Shown: piece by piece, positions 8,372 to 17,193 of the stretch
Layout: the number at the start of each line of letters is the position of its first letter
How positions within the stretch are numbered: the stretch's first letter is position 1
Source: a virus
Taxonomy: Duplodnaviria; Heunggongvirae; Uroviricota; Caudoviricetes
Strand: one strand, 5' to 3'
IMG/VR virus record: IMGVR_UViG_2703718778_000008
Length of the DNA stretch: 27,657 nt
Position numbers and translations under genes: made by a program
Notes under the pieces: model-generated
The model's input: the letters and a program-made list of their open reading frames with translations, nothing else
The model's database searches: none
Told to the model about the DNA's origin: nothing

Positions 8372-9712
8372 TCAGGCAATGCGCTCAAATATTCCGATTC
8401 CTGCGCCTGCATAAATGTCAGCGCAGGCCCGCCACGTGCCCGGTGGCCTGCGGTTTGTGTTCCAGTTTTGCATGGATTCATAAAAACTGATTTCGAAGTC
8501 GGAATTAGTCATGCTCATCAGTCTGAGTTTACTGCCCGGGCGGGTATCTCCGGGCGCTATATTAATTCTGGCAGGATATACCCCCTCGGCATCCGTTGCC
8601 GCCAGAATAAAGCTGCCCACATCCCAGAGTGTCCGCTGTGTTTTTGCCTGTGCAGCCTCCAGTGCTTGCCGTGCTTTCTGCCCGGCGTTTTCTGCTGCCG
8701 TCATGGCCGTCTTCACAGCTTTTGGTGTGGCAGCCAGCACTTCACTGTCACTGTCCGTTGCGCTGCTTAGCTGAACAATACCTCGCTCTGTCAGGGAGGC
8801 ATCGCCGGTCTGCGTGAGGGGGAGTATGGCAACCTCCTTCCATTCAGACCACGGCCCGTTGCCGGTGAAGTTACCTGTCACTGTCCGGATAAATTTTCGT
8901 GGTGGATTCCAGGCGGTGTATTCCTGCTGGCAGAATCCCCATGCGCCCATCCTGATGGATAATGATCCGGCTGATGTTACCGGGTAGTGATGTGCTGTAG
9001 TGGCGCCGTTGTTGTTGGGCTGATAGTAGTCACCATGATGTTCAGGTCTTCCCAGTGTATCCAGGTCCACGCTGAGGGCGGCTGTTGGTCTTGTTACTGC
9101 CAGCGCCTTAAGTGCTTTTATTGCTTTGGGTGTGGCTGCCCGGGTTTCATCATCACTGTCGGTTTCACTACTGAGCTGAGTAAATCCCTTACTGGTGGTT
9201 GTGGCATCCGGGTGTTTACCGTTTTGTTCATGCTGCTTTATCATTTCTGCCACGCCAGCCTGTGTTGCCATGGTGGTTGATGAGTCGGCTGTCAGATTTA
9301 CAGAGGCTTCGTTGCTCAGCAGAATCACCATGCGGAATACCTGTTCTCTGCCTGAGCCCTCATCAAGCTGCGGTTTGTAACCTTCCGCAACATTACCCAC
9401 GGCGATGAGTGTGCCTTTGCTGTCAAACAGACCGATTTCGCGGATCCAGAATCCTCCTTCATTCGCAGGAATGATCACTTCGGCGGTTAAAAAACTGGTG
9501 TTTTCCGCGTCACGGCTGACCCTGCTGACCTCGCCCCGCCAGACCTCTTTAACGAGAGCGGTTTGCGTGGCCAGTGGTTCTGTGGGTTTACCGTTACCGT
9601 CTCCGACGGCGATATGTGTCAGCGTGATCTTTTCTCCATCCGGTAACACCGCAGCTGCGAGGGCTGCTGTTCCGGCATTTGTGATAATGGTTTTGTATTT
9701 TGCGGCCATCAT
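8372..9712 (-). CDS. H: Tail fibre protein
   Basis: N-terminus MMAAKYKTIITNAGTAALAAA... and duplicated ...TQLSSETDSDDETRAATPKAIKAL / ...VQLSSATDSDSEVLAATPKAVKTA motifs match P2 gpH. Confidence 0.8.
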   Translation of the reverse strand: MMAAKYKTIITNAGTAALAAAVLPDGEKITLTHIAVGDGNGKPTEPLATQTALVKEVWRGEVSRVSRDAENTSFLTAEVIIPANEGGFWIREIGLFDSKGTLIAVGNVAEGYKPQLDEGSGREQVFRMVILLSNEASVNLTADSSTTMATQAGVAEMIKQHEQNGKHPDATTTSKGFTQLSSETDSDDETRAATPKAIKALKALAVTRPTAALSVDLDTLGRPEHHGDYYQPNNNGATTAHHYPVTSAGSLSIRMGAWGFCQQEYTAWNPPRKFIRTVTGNFTGNGPWSEWKEVAILPLTQTGDASLTERGIVQLSSATDSDSEVLAATPKAVKTAMTAAENAGQKARQALEAAQAKTQRTLWDVGSFILAATDAEGVYPARINIAPGDTRPGSKLRLMSMTNSDFEISFYESMQNWNTNRRPPGTWRACADIYAGAGIGIFERIA

Positions 9713-10335
9713 TACTCCTTGTCCGGTCTGATGGTTACTGTGATGCCTTCATAGGTGACTCCACCCGGGTGGATGTCACCACTGACTGACAGCGGGCTTG
9801 TCAGTTCTGCTGCCGGATATACCACGATGGTTTCCCCGGTCAGCGTGGCCCCGGTTATGCGGGATATCCCCCGTGCAACGTAGGTCATTTTCATGGCGGC
9901 AAGGTGTCGGCTTACCGGGCGAACGGTGGTAATCATTCGCTCCATCTCCTGCCGGGTTTCCTCTGTCAGTCCGCGCTCCGATATGTCAATATCCAGCCTG
10001 AATGACCCCGGCGGATCGTTGTTCTCCCACCATTCTGTAATACTCAGTATCGCGCCGAAGGGCTCCACAGCCCGACGCATGGCGCTGATGGTGCCTTTGT
10101 GGCGGTGAATATGCCACGAGTCACGGATGATCTGACGACGTGCCTCTTCACTCCATGTTTCATCCCAGCGGTCAACGGAAAGCGCCCAGGCAAGCCATGG
10201 CAGCAGATGGGCTGGGCAGGTGTCGGGGTTCCAGAGGGTGTTGATATGGATCGGCAGCTCTGACAGGCGCTGAGCGCCCTGTTCCGAATGATGCAGGAAG
10301 GAGGGCGATGATGGCGGCAGCAGTCGGTTATTCAT
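9712..10335 (-). CDS. I: Baseplate assembly protein I
   Basis: ...LWNPDTCPAHLLPWLAWALSVDRWDETW...EWWENNDPPGSFRLDI... matches P2 gpI. ATG at 10335 overlaps the J stop (ATGAATAA) with AGGTGG upstream. Confidence 0.85.
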   Translation of the reverse strand: MNNRLLPPSSPSFLHHSEQGAQRLSELPIHINTLWNPDTCPAHLLPWLAWALSVDRWDETWSEEARRQIIRDSWHIHRHKGTISAMRRAVEPFGAILSITEWWENNDPPGSFRLDIDISERGLTEETRQEMERMITTVRPVSRHLAAMKMTYVARGISRITGATLTGETIVVYPAAELTSPLSVSGDIHPGGVTYEGITVTIRPDKE

Positions 10336-11224
10336 CGGTGCCACCTGCAGAGATGTTCCGGGATGTGCAGCGGGCTGACTGGGTGTTACTGATCACCACA
10401 TTCTGCGCTGGTTTCTTCAGCTCGACTCGCTGAACGCCCGGTACGTGTAGCGTTGCCATAATGGCAGAGCGGGCCACATCACGCCCTATGGCATTCTGAG
10501 TCTTCAGCCATGTGTCAAGTGCATCTCTGGCGGCGGCAAGAATGGGTTCAGATTCCGGGCCAGGATAAAAATAGAGTACGGCCTCAATATCGTAACTGAC
10601 GATGGTCGCACTCTGTACCGTGAGTCTGTCGGCCAGGGGGCGCACAGTTTCACCATTGAGAGCCCGGCTGACGGTCGCGATTAATTCCGGTGACGCTGTG
10701 CCGTCTCCTTCCGTTGAGAGAATGGAGACAATGACCGTCGCAGGTGACGGACTGGTTGCCCGTGCATCGGCAACAAGACCGCTGGCACTGCGGGCAAAAT
10801 ATTCATATGCAGCAGAGGGGCCTGCGACGCTGAAACCTTCAAATCCGGATTGTGCCCGCAGACGGAACGCGCTGTCGCTCTCCATGATGGCAGCTTCTGT
10901 ATCAGTAGCAGGTTTCAGTTCAAGGCGTTTCGCATTCACGATAGCGGCGAGATTATCCAGGTCTGTGGATACGGCATGGCTGAGCATGCACCCCGCCGCT
11001 GCATCGTTGATCCGCTGACGGAGCAGCATTTCGCGAAAGGCGATGGCCTGAGCAATGATGTTGAGTGGCTCTGATTCCAGCGCAATGGCTGCGCTGACGG
11101 CACTGCGCATGTTTTCAGGGAAGGCATCAATCATAAAGGCCTTCACGTCTTTCAGTATGCTCTCATAATCCAGTGATTCAATGATCTGCGGACGTGGTAA
11201 CTGAGACAGGTCAATTGTCGGCAT
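10328..11224 (-). CDS. J: Baseplate assembly protein J
   Basis: MPTIDLSQLPRPQIIESLDYESIL...GETVRPLADRLTVQSA...HVPGVQRVEL... matches P2 gpJ. Confidence 0.9.
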   Translation of the reverse strand: MPTIDLSQLPRPQIIESLDYESILKDVKAFMIDAFPENMRSAVSAAIALESEPLNIIAQAIAFREMLLRQRINDAAAGCMLSHAVSTDLDNLAAIVNAKRLELKPATDTEAAIMESDSAFRLRAQSGFEGFSVAGPSAAYEYFARSASGLVADARATSPSPATVIVSILSTEGDGTASPELIATVSRALNGETVRPLADRLTVQSATIVSYDIEAVLYFYPGPESEPILAAARDALDTWLKTQNAIGRDVARSAIMATLHVPGVQRVELKKPAQNVVISNTQSARCTSRNISAGGTDE

Positions 11225-11576
11225 TACTCCCCCTCAGCGGAATGCTCATCTGTACGGGCTGCATTGTGCGGGTGAGCACGCCTGAGATGGCCAGCAGAGC
11301 GCGTCCGTCAGGCAGCCAGGTGATATCCACCCGGTTAATGGCGATCCGGGGCTCCCACTGTGCGAGCGCCATAACCACCGCGCTCATGCACTGCAGACGT
11401 GTCACGTCGTTTTGTGGCGCATCGAGCAGTTCAGGCAACAGGCTGCCATACTCTCTTCGCATGATGCGACTGCCGCGCGGGGTGGTCAGAATATTGTTTA
11501 CAGAGTGGCGGAGGTGTTCTGTGTCACTGATGCATCCGCTACCATGCGGGTTCATGCCTGTGCATACCGGTGTCAT
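11211..11576 (-). CDS. W: Baseplate wedge protein W
   Basis: ...TPRGSRIMRREYGSLLPELLDAPQ... (gpW-like); overlaps the V stop (ATGA). Confidence 0.85.
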   Translation of the reverse strand: MTPVCTGMNPHGSGCISDTEHLRHSVNNILTTPRGSRIMRREYGSLLPELLDAPQNDVTRLQCMSAVVMALAQWEPRIAINRVDITWLPDGRALLAISGVLTRTMQPVQMSIPLRGSNADN

Positions 11577-12169
11577 TTCGGCCCCCCTGTCATGCTTCCG
11601 CCGGACTGAACACCGTTATGAACGTGCGTATGCACGGTAACACCATTTGAGAGTAAGTTTCCGTTACTGTGTGTGATATCCCCTTTCATGGTGCCACCGT
11701 CAGTCAGTTCAAACGTCCTGGCCTTCAGATGTTTTGTGCACTCTACGGCCGGTGTGTCCAGGGTAATACGTGTTTCCGCAGAGATCTCTGCGGTTTTGAT
11801 TCCTTTCACCGTCAGCGCGCCTTTTTCTGCATCATAGCGTATCTCGGCACCGTCAGGTGCAAGGAGTATCACTTCATTCTGTTTTGTGCCGGGCGCCGGG
11901 TGTTCTTCGCTGTAGAGACTGCCAGCCACAACGGCCATTTCAGGACTGCCGCCCGGGCAGAGCAACAGCACCTGTTCACCGGGGGAGGGGGGCAGCCAGA
12001 TTTTAAACGCCCCGGCGCGTGTGCAGTTCCAGCGGAGCCAGTCCGTTGTCAGTCCGCCGCTGGTAACGCGAATGCGCCAGTTTTTCAGATCCACCTCCGA
12101 AACGACGCCGGTGCGGACCATGTTTTCCAGCAGTCGCATGATTTCAGCATTCAACGGGTGTTTCTCCAC
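11573..12169 (-). CDS. V: Baseplate spike / assembly protein V
   Basis: ...TGGLTTDWLRW...GEQVLLLCPGG...LSNGVTVHTHVHNGVQSGGSMTGGP matches P2 gpV. Confidence 0.85.
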   Translation of the reverse strand: MEKHPLNAEIMRLLENMVRTGVVSEVDLKNWRIRVTSGGLTTDWLRWNCTRAGAFKIWLPPSPGEQVLLLCPGGSPEMAVVAGSLYSEEHPAPGTKQNEVILLAPDGAEIRYDAEKGALTVKGIKTAEISAETRITLDTPAVECTKHLKARTFELTDGGTMKGDITHSNGNLLSNGVTVHTHVHNGVQSGGSMTGGPK

Positions 12170-12795
12170 AGGTTGTTGATAATGATTTCCGTCACTTTCT
12201 GTCTGTCGGCTTCACTGAATCCCAGCAGTTCGCGTTGCGGATAGCGGACGGCATTACCGGCAGAGACCAGTGACACTTCGCCGAACTGATGAACGCGGGC
12301 AATGCGGGCTGCGCGGCCTTCAAATCCCACGCTGACGCCGCCGGGATCGGTTTTTACCTTCAGAAAGCGGTTTGTCCGAAGCTGCTCAAACATGGGTGGA
12401 CGCTTAATGGCGCTCTGCGTTCGCCTGCGGGTGTCAATTTCCAGGTATTCTTCAATATCGGCTTTGTGGAACGAGCGTATTCCCCGGCGCTCCGTGTCGT
12501 AACCGGTGATCATGGGGCCGTACCGGCCGGTTGTTGTCCGCCAGTTTTTCAGTCGTCTCACCTGAGTGCCGTTCCAGATGAACACCACACCTGCCTGGAC
12601 ACGGAATACACGTTTTTTACGGGCGGGCCACCGGTTACCGTCCGGTGATTGTTGCGAACGTATACGCTTTTGTTGCGCGGCGCGGACAGCCTGACCGACA
12701 GCACGTGCTGTTTTGTTTATACCGGCAGCGGACAGACCACTGAGGATCTCCTGAAAGAGACCGTCCAGTCTGTGCAGGTCATCCGGAGCCATCAT
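12151..12795 (-). CDS. S: Tail completion / virion morphogenesis protein S-like
   Basis: Position between R and V. Start moved to the internal ATG at 12795 (MMAPDD...) so that it overlaps R only briefly. About 214 aa, longer than P2 gpS. Confidence 0.65.
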   Translation of the reverse strand: MMAPDDLHRLDGLFQEILSGLSAAGINKTARAVGQAVRAAQQKRIRSQQSPDGNRWPARKKRVFRVQAGVVFIWNGTQVRRLKNWRTTTGRYGPMITGYDTERRGIRSFHKADIEEYLEIDTRRRTQSAIKRPPMFEQLRTNRFLKVKTDPGGVSVGFEGRAARIARVHQFGEVSLVSAGNAVRYPQRELLGFSEADRQKVTEIIINNLWRNTR

Positions 12796-13246
12796 TCTGA
12801 CCCCATGTGACATCTTCGAGGGTGACGTGCCATGCTTCCAGGGCCCGGCTGACAGGCGGCTCTCCGATGTGTTCTGCGTGAACAGTGCCATCATCATTAC
12901 GGCGGATAATCACCCGCTCCCATACCGGGATTTCCAGCAGGATATCGGTGCTGTCGTCGTCATTGATGGCAACAGAAAATTTGATATCCCTGTTTTTCTC
13001 CGGATTAAGCAGGAGATCAGGCTGATTGCGGTACAGCCAGCGCATCAGCGGCACCATCAGTTCATCGAGATCCTGCGTGAAGTCCATGACAAAGATCCCA
13101 AGCGTGTAACGGTAAAGATATGAGGGGGATTCGCCGGTCGTCTCAATGCCTCCGTTATTCACATACACAGTGAATTTCTCCGGGTTGGCGCGACACCATG
13201 GGCAGGCGTCAGTCATGGCGTCGCGCAGGGTGTTAATTTTCAGCAT
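12779..13246 (-). CDS. R: Tail completion protein R
   Basis: MLKINTLRDAMTDA...RYTLGIFVMDFTQDLDEL...NQPDLL...EPPVS... parallels P2 gpR (155 aa). Confidence 0.8.
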   Translation of the reverse strand: MLKINTLRDAMTDACPWCRANPEKFTVYVNNGGIETTGESPSYLYRYTLGIFVMDFTQDLDELMVPLMRWLYRNQPDLLLNPEKNRDIKFSVAINDDDSTDILLEIPVWERVIIRRNDDGTVHAEHIGEPPVSRALEAWHVTLEDVTWGQNDGSG

Positions 13247-13261
13247 GCCCCCTCCTGTGTG

Positions 13262-13435
13262 TTATGGCATGTTCTGGTTGTTCTGTTGTGCAGACTTCTG
13301 ACTGATTTTTTCAGCGGCGCGCTCGTCAATTTTTCGCTGAAAATAATTTCTGATAACACTGTAACCGCCGCTGATCAGATACAGCGCGCAGACTGCAGTA
13401 CAGAAATACAGCATGATCTGATGAATGAATAACAT
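13262..13435 (-). CDS. Small single-pass membrane protein (57 aa), function unknown
   Basis: MLFIHQIMLYFCTAVCALYLISGGYSVIRNYFQRK...; ATG at 13435 with GAGGTG upstream (the track's start is a TTG). Lower GC than neighbours. Sits where P2 has lysA-type accessory lysis genes, but no similarity asserted. Confidence 0.35.
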   Translation of the reverse strand: MLFIHQIMLYFCTAVCALYLISGGYSVIRNYFQRKIDERAAEKISQKSAQQNNQNMP

Positions 13436-13580
13436 AATCACCTCACACAAATGATTGACATAACGATGTCTGGCGTTTTAAAAAAATGAATAACAATAAT
13501 AAACACTCTCCATAATTCCTCTTGCGCTCCCGTCAGGTATCTTCTCCTCTAAGTCTTGCCTGCCGGGAGCCTCTTTTTTC

Positions 13581-15626
13581 TTATGCGGCGTTGCTGTTAT
13601 TGATATCCACCGTCACATACTCAATCAGCACGGGGTAGGTGTCCTGGTTACTGGTGATATCCGTGATCAGCAGTTTGTCGTTATCCAGTCCTGCCGCCGG
13701 GCATTTCGCCAGATTAAAGGCCGCCTGGGTCTGACCGTTGATGACCGGTGTCACGCTGATGCTGTTATTTCCGGCAAACCGGAACACCACGTTGTGCCAG
13801 TTATGATTAAATGCCCCGAAGGTTCCCAGTTTTGCATTCTGTTGTTTGTGCTGCATCAGATTCAGGTTTGCGCTGTCGCTCTGGATGAAGAAGGCGGCCA
13901 GCATATCGTTTCCTGCGCTGCCTTCCAGAACAACGTTTTCAGGTAGCTGAGAAACCGGCCAGTGCAGAGCCATGGCGAAGCGGTTTTCTGCCAGCTGAAC
14001 ACCTTCCGGGATTTTGAAACGAAAGGCAATTTCCCCGCCTTTCTGAAGTAATTCAGCTGCTTTACTTGCAGGCACATCGTGGGCGATTTTCCAGGCTGTT
14101 TGTTGCCCCTGGACTTTTTCCACTCGCATGGCTTTACCGCTCTGAGCAGCAGAGTCATTTACGACGGAGGCTTTTCCATCTGCCCCTGTCCAGCCCTGTT
14201 CTTTCAGTTTCCCTTCCTGTGCGTCTGCGCGATAAGCGACGGCCGTTGTTCTTGCCGGTGATGACTGCGTACCTGCGCCCGGCTGAGGTGCAGGTGTGTA
14301 GGGCTGCGGGCTTTCCGTGGTGGTGCTGTCTGAACCGGCCGTGGCGGGAGGTACTGCGACCACGCTGAACGGTGCGGGTGCACCTTTCAGGAAGGCGACG
14401 GTCTTCCCGGCATGCATCAGGATCGCCGTTGCCAGGCGGTCAGAAATAATGCCGCGGCGGGCCCATGAACTGAAATGCGTGGCGCGATCTGAAGAGGTCC
14501 AGTTTCCGTTACTACGGGATGCAGCACCGTAATAACCGGCTTCTGCCAGGTCAGGATCTTCGGCAGGCAGGTTTGTTGGCGTGTTAGCACCTTTCTCATC
14601 GGTCATCAGGGGCACAAAATAAATTTTTTGCGCTTCTTTGTTCTGATATGCACCGTAAACCACCGGGTACTGAGAGGTATATTGTTGTTTCCAGATATAG
14701 GTGGTATCGCCGCAAATCCAGGGAACAAGTGATGCGTTGCCTCCGGTGCACTGTGCAGCATATGCGCTGAGATCGGCGCGGAACTGATTCACCATGTTCA
14801 GGAATAATTGCGGGTGCTGTGCGTATGTTGCTGATTTCAGATCAAACTCTCCCAGCATCCAGACCACGGATAACAGGACGTTTTTGGGGTTTTTATCCAG
14901 CGCGGCTTTTGTACGGGTAAGCAGATCGTTATACAGCGGTTTGCCGACGCCCCACAGGGATGATTCGGCCGTTGCTCCTGAAGATTCACTGAATGCCCCC
15001 TCAGCGCCGGAAGTAAGCGCTGACCCTCCACGACAGCAAGGTACCAGGAGGATCCCTGCATTTTTCGGGATAAACGCCAGTAATTTTTTGGCAATATGTA
15101 AACCCTGTCCGACGCAGCCATACTGACCTTTTGACAGATCGGCGTTCGGATGATTAAGGCTGCTCATATCCTGTACATCATGGAGACAGTGATCTGCCGG
15201 AATAATATCGTTATAGGTACATGCAGCGCCGCCCGGTGTTACCGTACTGCGACGCGCTAACTGTTTAATTCGTGGATCAGGACTGTCGAATGTATCGGGT
15301 AATGGCAGCCCCTCACCGTATGCCATGCCATTGGACTGACCAGCCAGTGGCACCACATAATAAAACTCTGGCTCAGTTGTGTGTCCAGTGTCGTATCCGT
15401 CGGTAGTGCCCGGTACGGGGTTTTCCTCGCCTTTTGGTACCGGAATGGCTGATGGCAGGTCTCTGTCAGTGACCAGTGCCTGCATCAGGTAAAATGGTGC
15501 TCCCGGCTCTGATGCTGAGACAGGTCCCCCAAGAAGTCCCCATCCTTCCCTGAGCATGGGCGCAAGTTTTTCGGCAAGTTCCTTGTTCGTCATTGCCGTC
15601 ACAAGCTGATAATGTTTCGGTACCAT
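13581..15626 (-). CDS. DUF1737 / sialate-O-acetylesterase (SASA, SGNH-like) domain protein, NanS-p-like, with a C-terminal extension
   Basis: N-terminal ...HYQLVTAMTNKELAEKLAPMLREGWGLLGGPV...YLMQALV (DUF1737-like), then ...YYVVPLAGQSNGMAYGEG... (the GQSN catalytic motif of SASA esterases). Start taken at ATG 15626 (GGAG upstream). Confidence 0.65.
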   Translation of the reverse strand: MVPKHYQLVTAMTNKELAEKLAPMLREGWGLLGGPVSASEPGAPFYLMQALVTDRDLPSAIPVPKGEENPVPGTTDGYDTGHTTEPEFYYVVPLAGQSNGMAYGEGLPLPDTFDSPDPRIKQLARRSTVTPGGAACTYNDIIPADHCLHDVQDMSSLNHPNADLSKGQYGCVGQGLHIAKKLLAFIPKNAGILLVPCCRGGSALTSGAEGAFSESSGATAESSLWGVGKPLYNDLLTRTKAALDKNPKNVLLSVVWMLGEFDLKSATYAQHPQLFLNMVNQFRADLSAYAAQCTGGNASLVPWICGDTTYIWKQQYTSQYPVVYGAYQNKEAQKIYFVPLMTDEKGANTPTNLPAEDPDLAEAGYYGAASRSNGNWTSSDRATHFSSWARRGIISDRLATAILMHAGKTVAFLKGAPAPFSVVAVPPATAGSDSTTTESPQPYTPAPQPGAGTQSSPARTTAVAYRADAQEGKLKEQGWTGADGKASVVNDSAAQSGKAMRVEKVQGQQTAWKIAHDVPASKAAELLQKGGEIAFRFKIPEGVQLAENRFAMALHWPVSQLPENVVLEGSAGNDMLAAFFIQSDSANLNLMQHKQQNAKLGTFGAFNHNWHNVVFRFAGNNSISVTPVINGQTQAAFNLAKCPAAGLDNDKLLITDITSNQDTYPVLIEYVTVDINNSNAA

Positions 15627-15636
15627 AGTGACTCCG

Positions 15637-15912
15637 TTATTTTTCATGAGTGTTCATTCGTGCTGTCCGCTGCCGCTCCAGCCCGGCAATGGCGGCTTTA
15701 TCGGCATTACAACTGTCCAGGGCATCTACCAGTCGGTCTCCCCAGTCAGCCACATCAGCCCATATCATGTGTTGCGGCAGCACCGGTACCGGCGTCTGTC
15801 TGGTCAGACTTTCCGGCACGCTCCCGCAAATGACGCCGGTTTTCAGCGGCGCTGGCGTGTTGTTGCAGGCTGTCAGCAACATCAGCAGGGGGAGAAGTGC
15901 GTGCGCACTCAT
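15637..15912 (-). CDS. lysC: o-spanin (Rz1/LysC-like outer-membrane lipoprotein), nested in and extending past lysB
   Basis: MSAHALLPLLMLLTACNN...: signal peptide with lipobox LTAC. Lies in a different frame overlapping the 3' part of lysB, as in the P2 lysB/lysC arrangement. Confidence 0.6.
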   Translation of the reverse strand: MSAHALLPLLMLLTACNNTPAPLKTGVICGSVPESLTRQTPVPVLPQHMIWADVADWGDRLVDALDSCNADKAAIAGLERQRTARMNTHEK

Positions 15913-16180
15913 CCGCCTGTAAGTTTTTCCGCATCGTTTCACGTCGTTCTTCCCCTCTGGCTGCACGCTCCTGATCTTCGCGCCGGATAGCGGCCAGCGC
16001 TGACTGTGTCTCCGCCGTGGCCTTAAGCAACTCCCGGACGGTCGTATTGCTCTCTTTCACGGCTTTTTCCAGCGCTTCATAACGGGTGCTCTCCTGACCT
16101 GAGCGATAGGCCCGGATGACCACCATTGCCTGCAGCGAAATGGTCAGCAGCAGCGCACAAAGGATAATGTTCAGTTTCAT
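15755..16180 (-). CDS. lysB: i-spanin (Rz/LysB-like)
   Basis: MKLNIILCALLLTISLQAMVV... N-terminal transmembrane anchor followed by a charged, probably coiled-coil periplasmic region; start overlaps the K stop (ATGA). Confidence 0.6.
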   Translation of the reverse strand: MKLNIILCALLLTISLQAMVVIRAYRSGQESTRYEALEKAVKESNTTVRELLKATAETQSALAAIRREDQERAARGEERRETMRKNLQADECARTSPPADVADSLQQHASAAENRRHLRERAGKSDQTDAGTGAAATHDMG

Positions 16181-16728
16181 GGCTGCGCTCCCGCGTCTTT
16201 CAGGCACCAGTTCTTAAAATCATTCCGGCGGTTAACCAGTCCCTGCGTGCGCGTTCCGCCACTGTTCACAAAATCTGTCAGCCGGTAACACATGAGGCGC
16301 CATTGCCGTGTCTGCGCGTGTTTCCAGATGGTGGTGCGTTGCGGCGTGCCGTTTTTGTTTTTAAACCACATCAGATTCCGGCAGCCCAGGTTAAAGGCGG
16401 CGTCCGTCATGGCTTCGAATGCAGACTGCGGCATCTGCTGCCCCCTGAAATTCTGTGTGATGCAGTTCTCAGCGCGGCGCATATCGTTGATCCACCGCCC
16501 GGCCACTTCCTCCTGTGTGTACAGGCGGTTTTCCACGTTACCGGTGGATCCGCATCCGACCGTACCGACCCCCACCAGATCACGGTAGGGTCGGGCCCGG
16601 CACTCCTCCCATGTGGCAATTTTGATTTGTGCCTCGCGGGAGGTTCTCAGTTCTCCGGGAGCCAGGGAGATCCCCAGCGCCACAATGGCGGCCACGGCGT
16701 AACGCTTAGGTCCGGCCATCGTGCTCAT
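16177..16728 (-). CDS. K: Endolysin, GH24 (T4-lysozyme-like) family, possibly SAR-type
   Basis: ...WEECRARPYRDLVGVGTVGCGSTGNVE... matches the GH24 lysozyme catalytic-region pattern; N-terminus YAVAAIVALGISLAPG is weakly hydrophobic and Ala/Gly-rich. Confidence 0.8.
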   Translation of the reverse strand: MSTMAGPKRYAVAAIVALGISLAPGELRTSREAQIKIATWEECRARPYRDLVGVGTVGCGSTGNVENRLYTQEEVAGRWINDMRRAENCITQNFRGQQMPQSAFEAMTDAAFNLGCRNLMWFKNKNGTPQRTTIWKHAQTRQWRLMCYRLTDFVNSGGTRTQGLVNRRNDFKNWCLKDAGAQP

Positions 16729-16990
16729 CCTGCTTCAGAAGCATCATTGCCCGGCGCTCTGCGTCGTTCAGCTCCCTTCCTTCTGACTGCATAAGGATTT
16801 TTTCAATCAGTTCGTTGCGCCTTGCCTGGGCGATCTCCATCCTGCGGCGGTGAAGCCAGGCACGAAGCAGTGACAGCGTTCCCAGCACAAAACCGGCCAC
16901 GGCAATTTTTTCGCTCAGCGTCATCACGCCGATACCGGCTGTCGTCACTGACGCCCAGAACGTGATGTGATCACAAAGCCGCTGAAACAT
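16706..16990 (-). CDS. Y: Holin
   Basis: About 94 aa with hydrophobic helices (ITFWASVTTAGIGVM, IAVAGFVLGTLSLL) and a charged C-terminus; position between X and K. ATG 16990 with GGGGGTGAG upstream. Confidence 0.7.
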   Translation of the reverse strand: MFQRLCDHITFWASVTTAGIGVMTLSEKIAVAGFVLGTLSLLRAWLHRRRMEIAQARRNELIEKILMQSEGRELNDAERRAMMLLKQDEHDGRT

Positions 16991-16992
16991 TC

Positions 16993-17193
16993 TCACCCCC
17001 ACAACTGGATCATTTCACGCCGGGTCTGCCCCTGCAGCTCCGGCAGCTCCACTTCCTGTCCGGCATGCAGAAACATGACGGCTGAAATCCCCGGATTGGC
17101 GGCCAGTACCGCCTCAGTCACCCCCTGCGTGGTGCCGTAATGGCGCTGACAGAGTAAATCGACGGTGTCACCGTCCAGAGCCATTACTTTCAT
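16993..17193 (-). CDS. X: Tail protein X (LysM-like)
   Basis: MKVMALDGDTVDLLCQRHYGTTQGVTEAVLAANPGI...GQEVELPEL matches P2 gpX; start overlaps the L stop (ATGA). Confidence 0.8.
   Translation of the reverse strand: MKVMALDGDTVDLLCQRHYGTTQGVTEAVLAANPGISAVMFLHAGQEVELPELQGQTRREMIQLWG

Noticed and set aside
8372-9712. Possible invertible tail-fibre segment (as in Mu or P1) within H/G
   Set aside because: No invertase gene and no inverted crossover repeats were seen; the duplicated peptide motifs in H are normal for the P2 H family.
1133-12648. Many 60-140 aa ORFs lying antisense to or overlapping the structural genes (for example 1133-1402, 1544-1960, 2163-2861, 4137-4514, 5659-6048, 6574-7146, 8468-8770, 10602-11018, 11669-12244, 12289-12648)
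   Set aside because: They sit inside long ORFs with clear P2-protein similarity on the other strand or frame; GC-rich coding DNA routinely produces such shadow ORFs.
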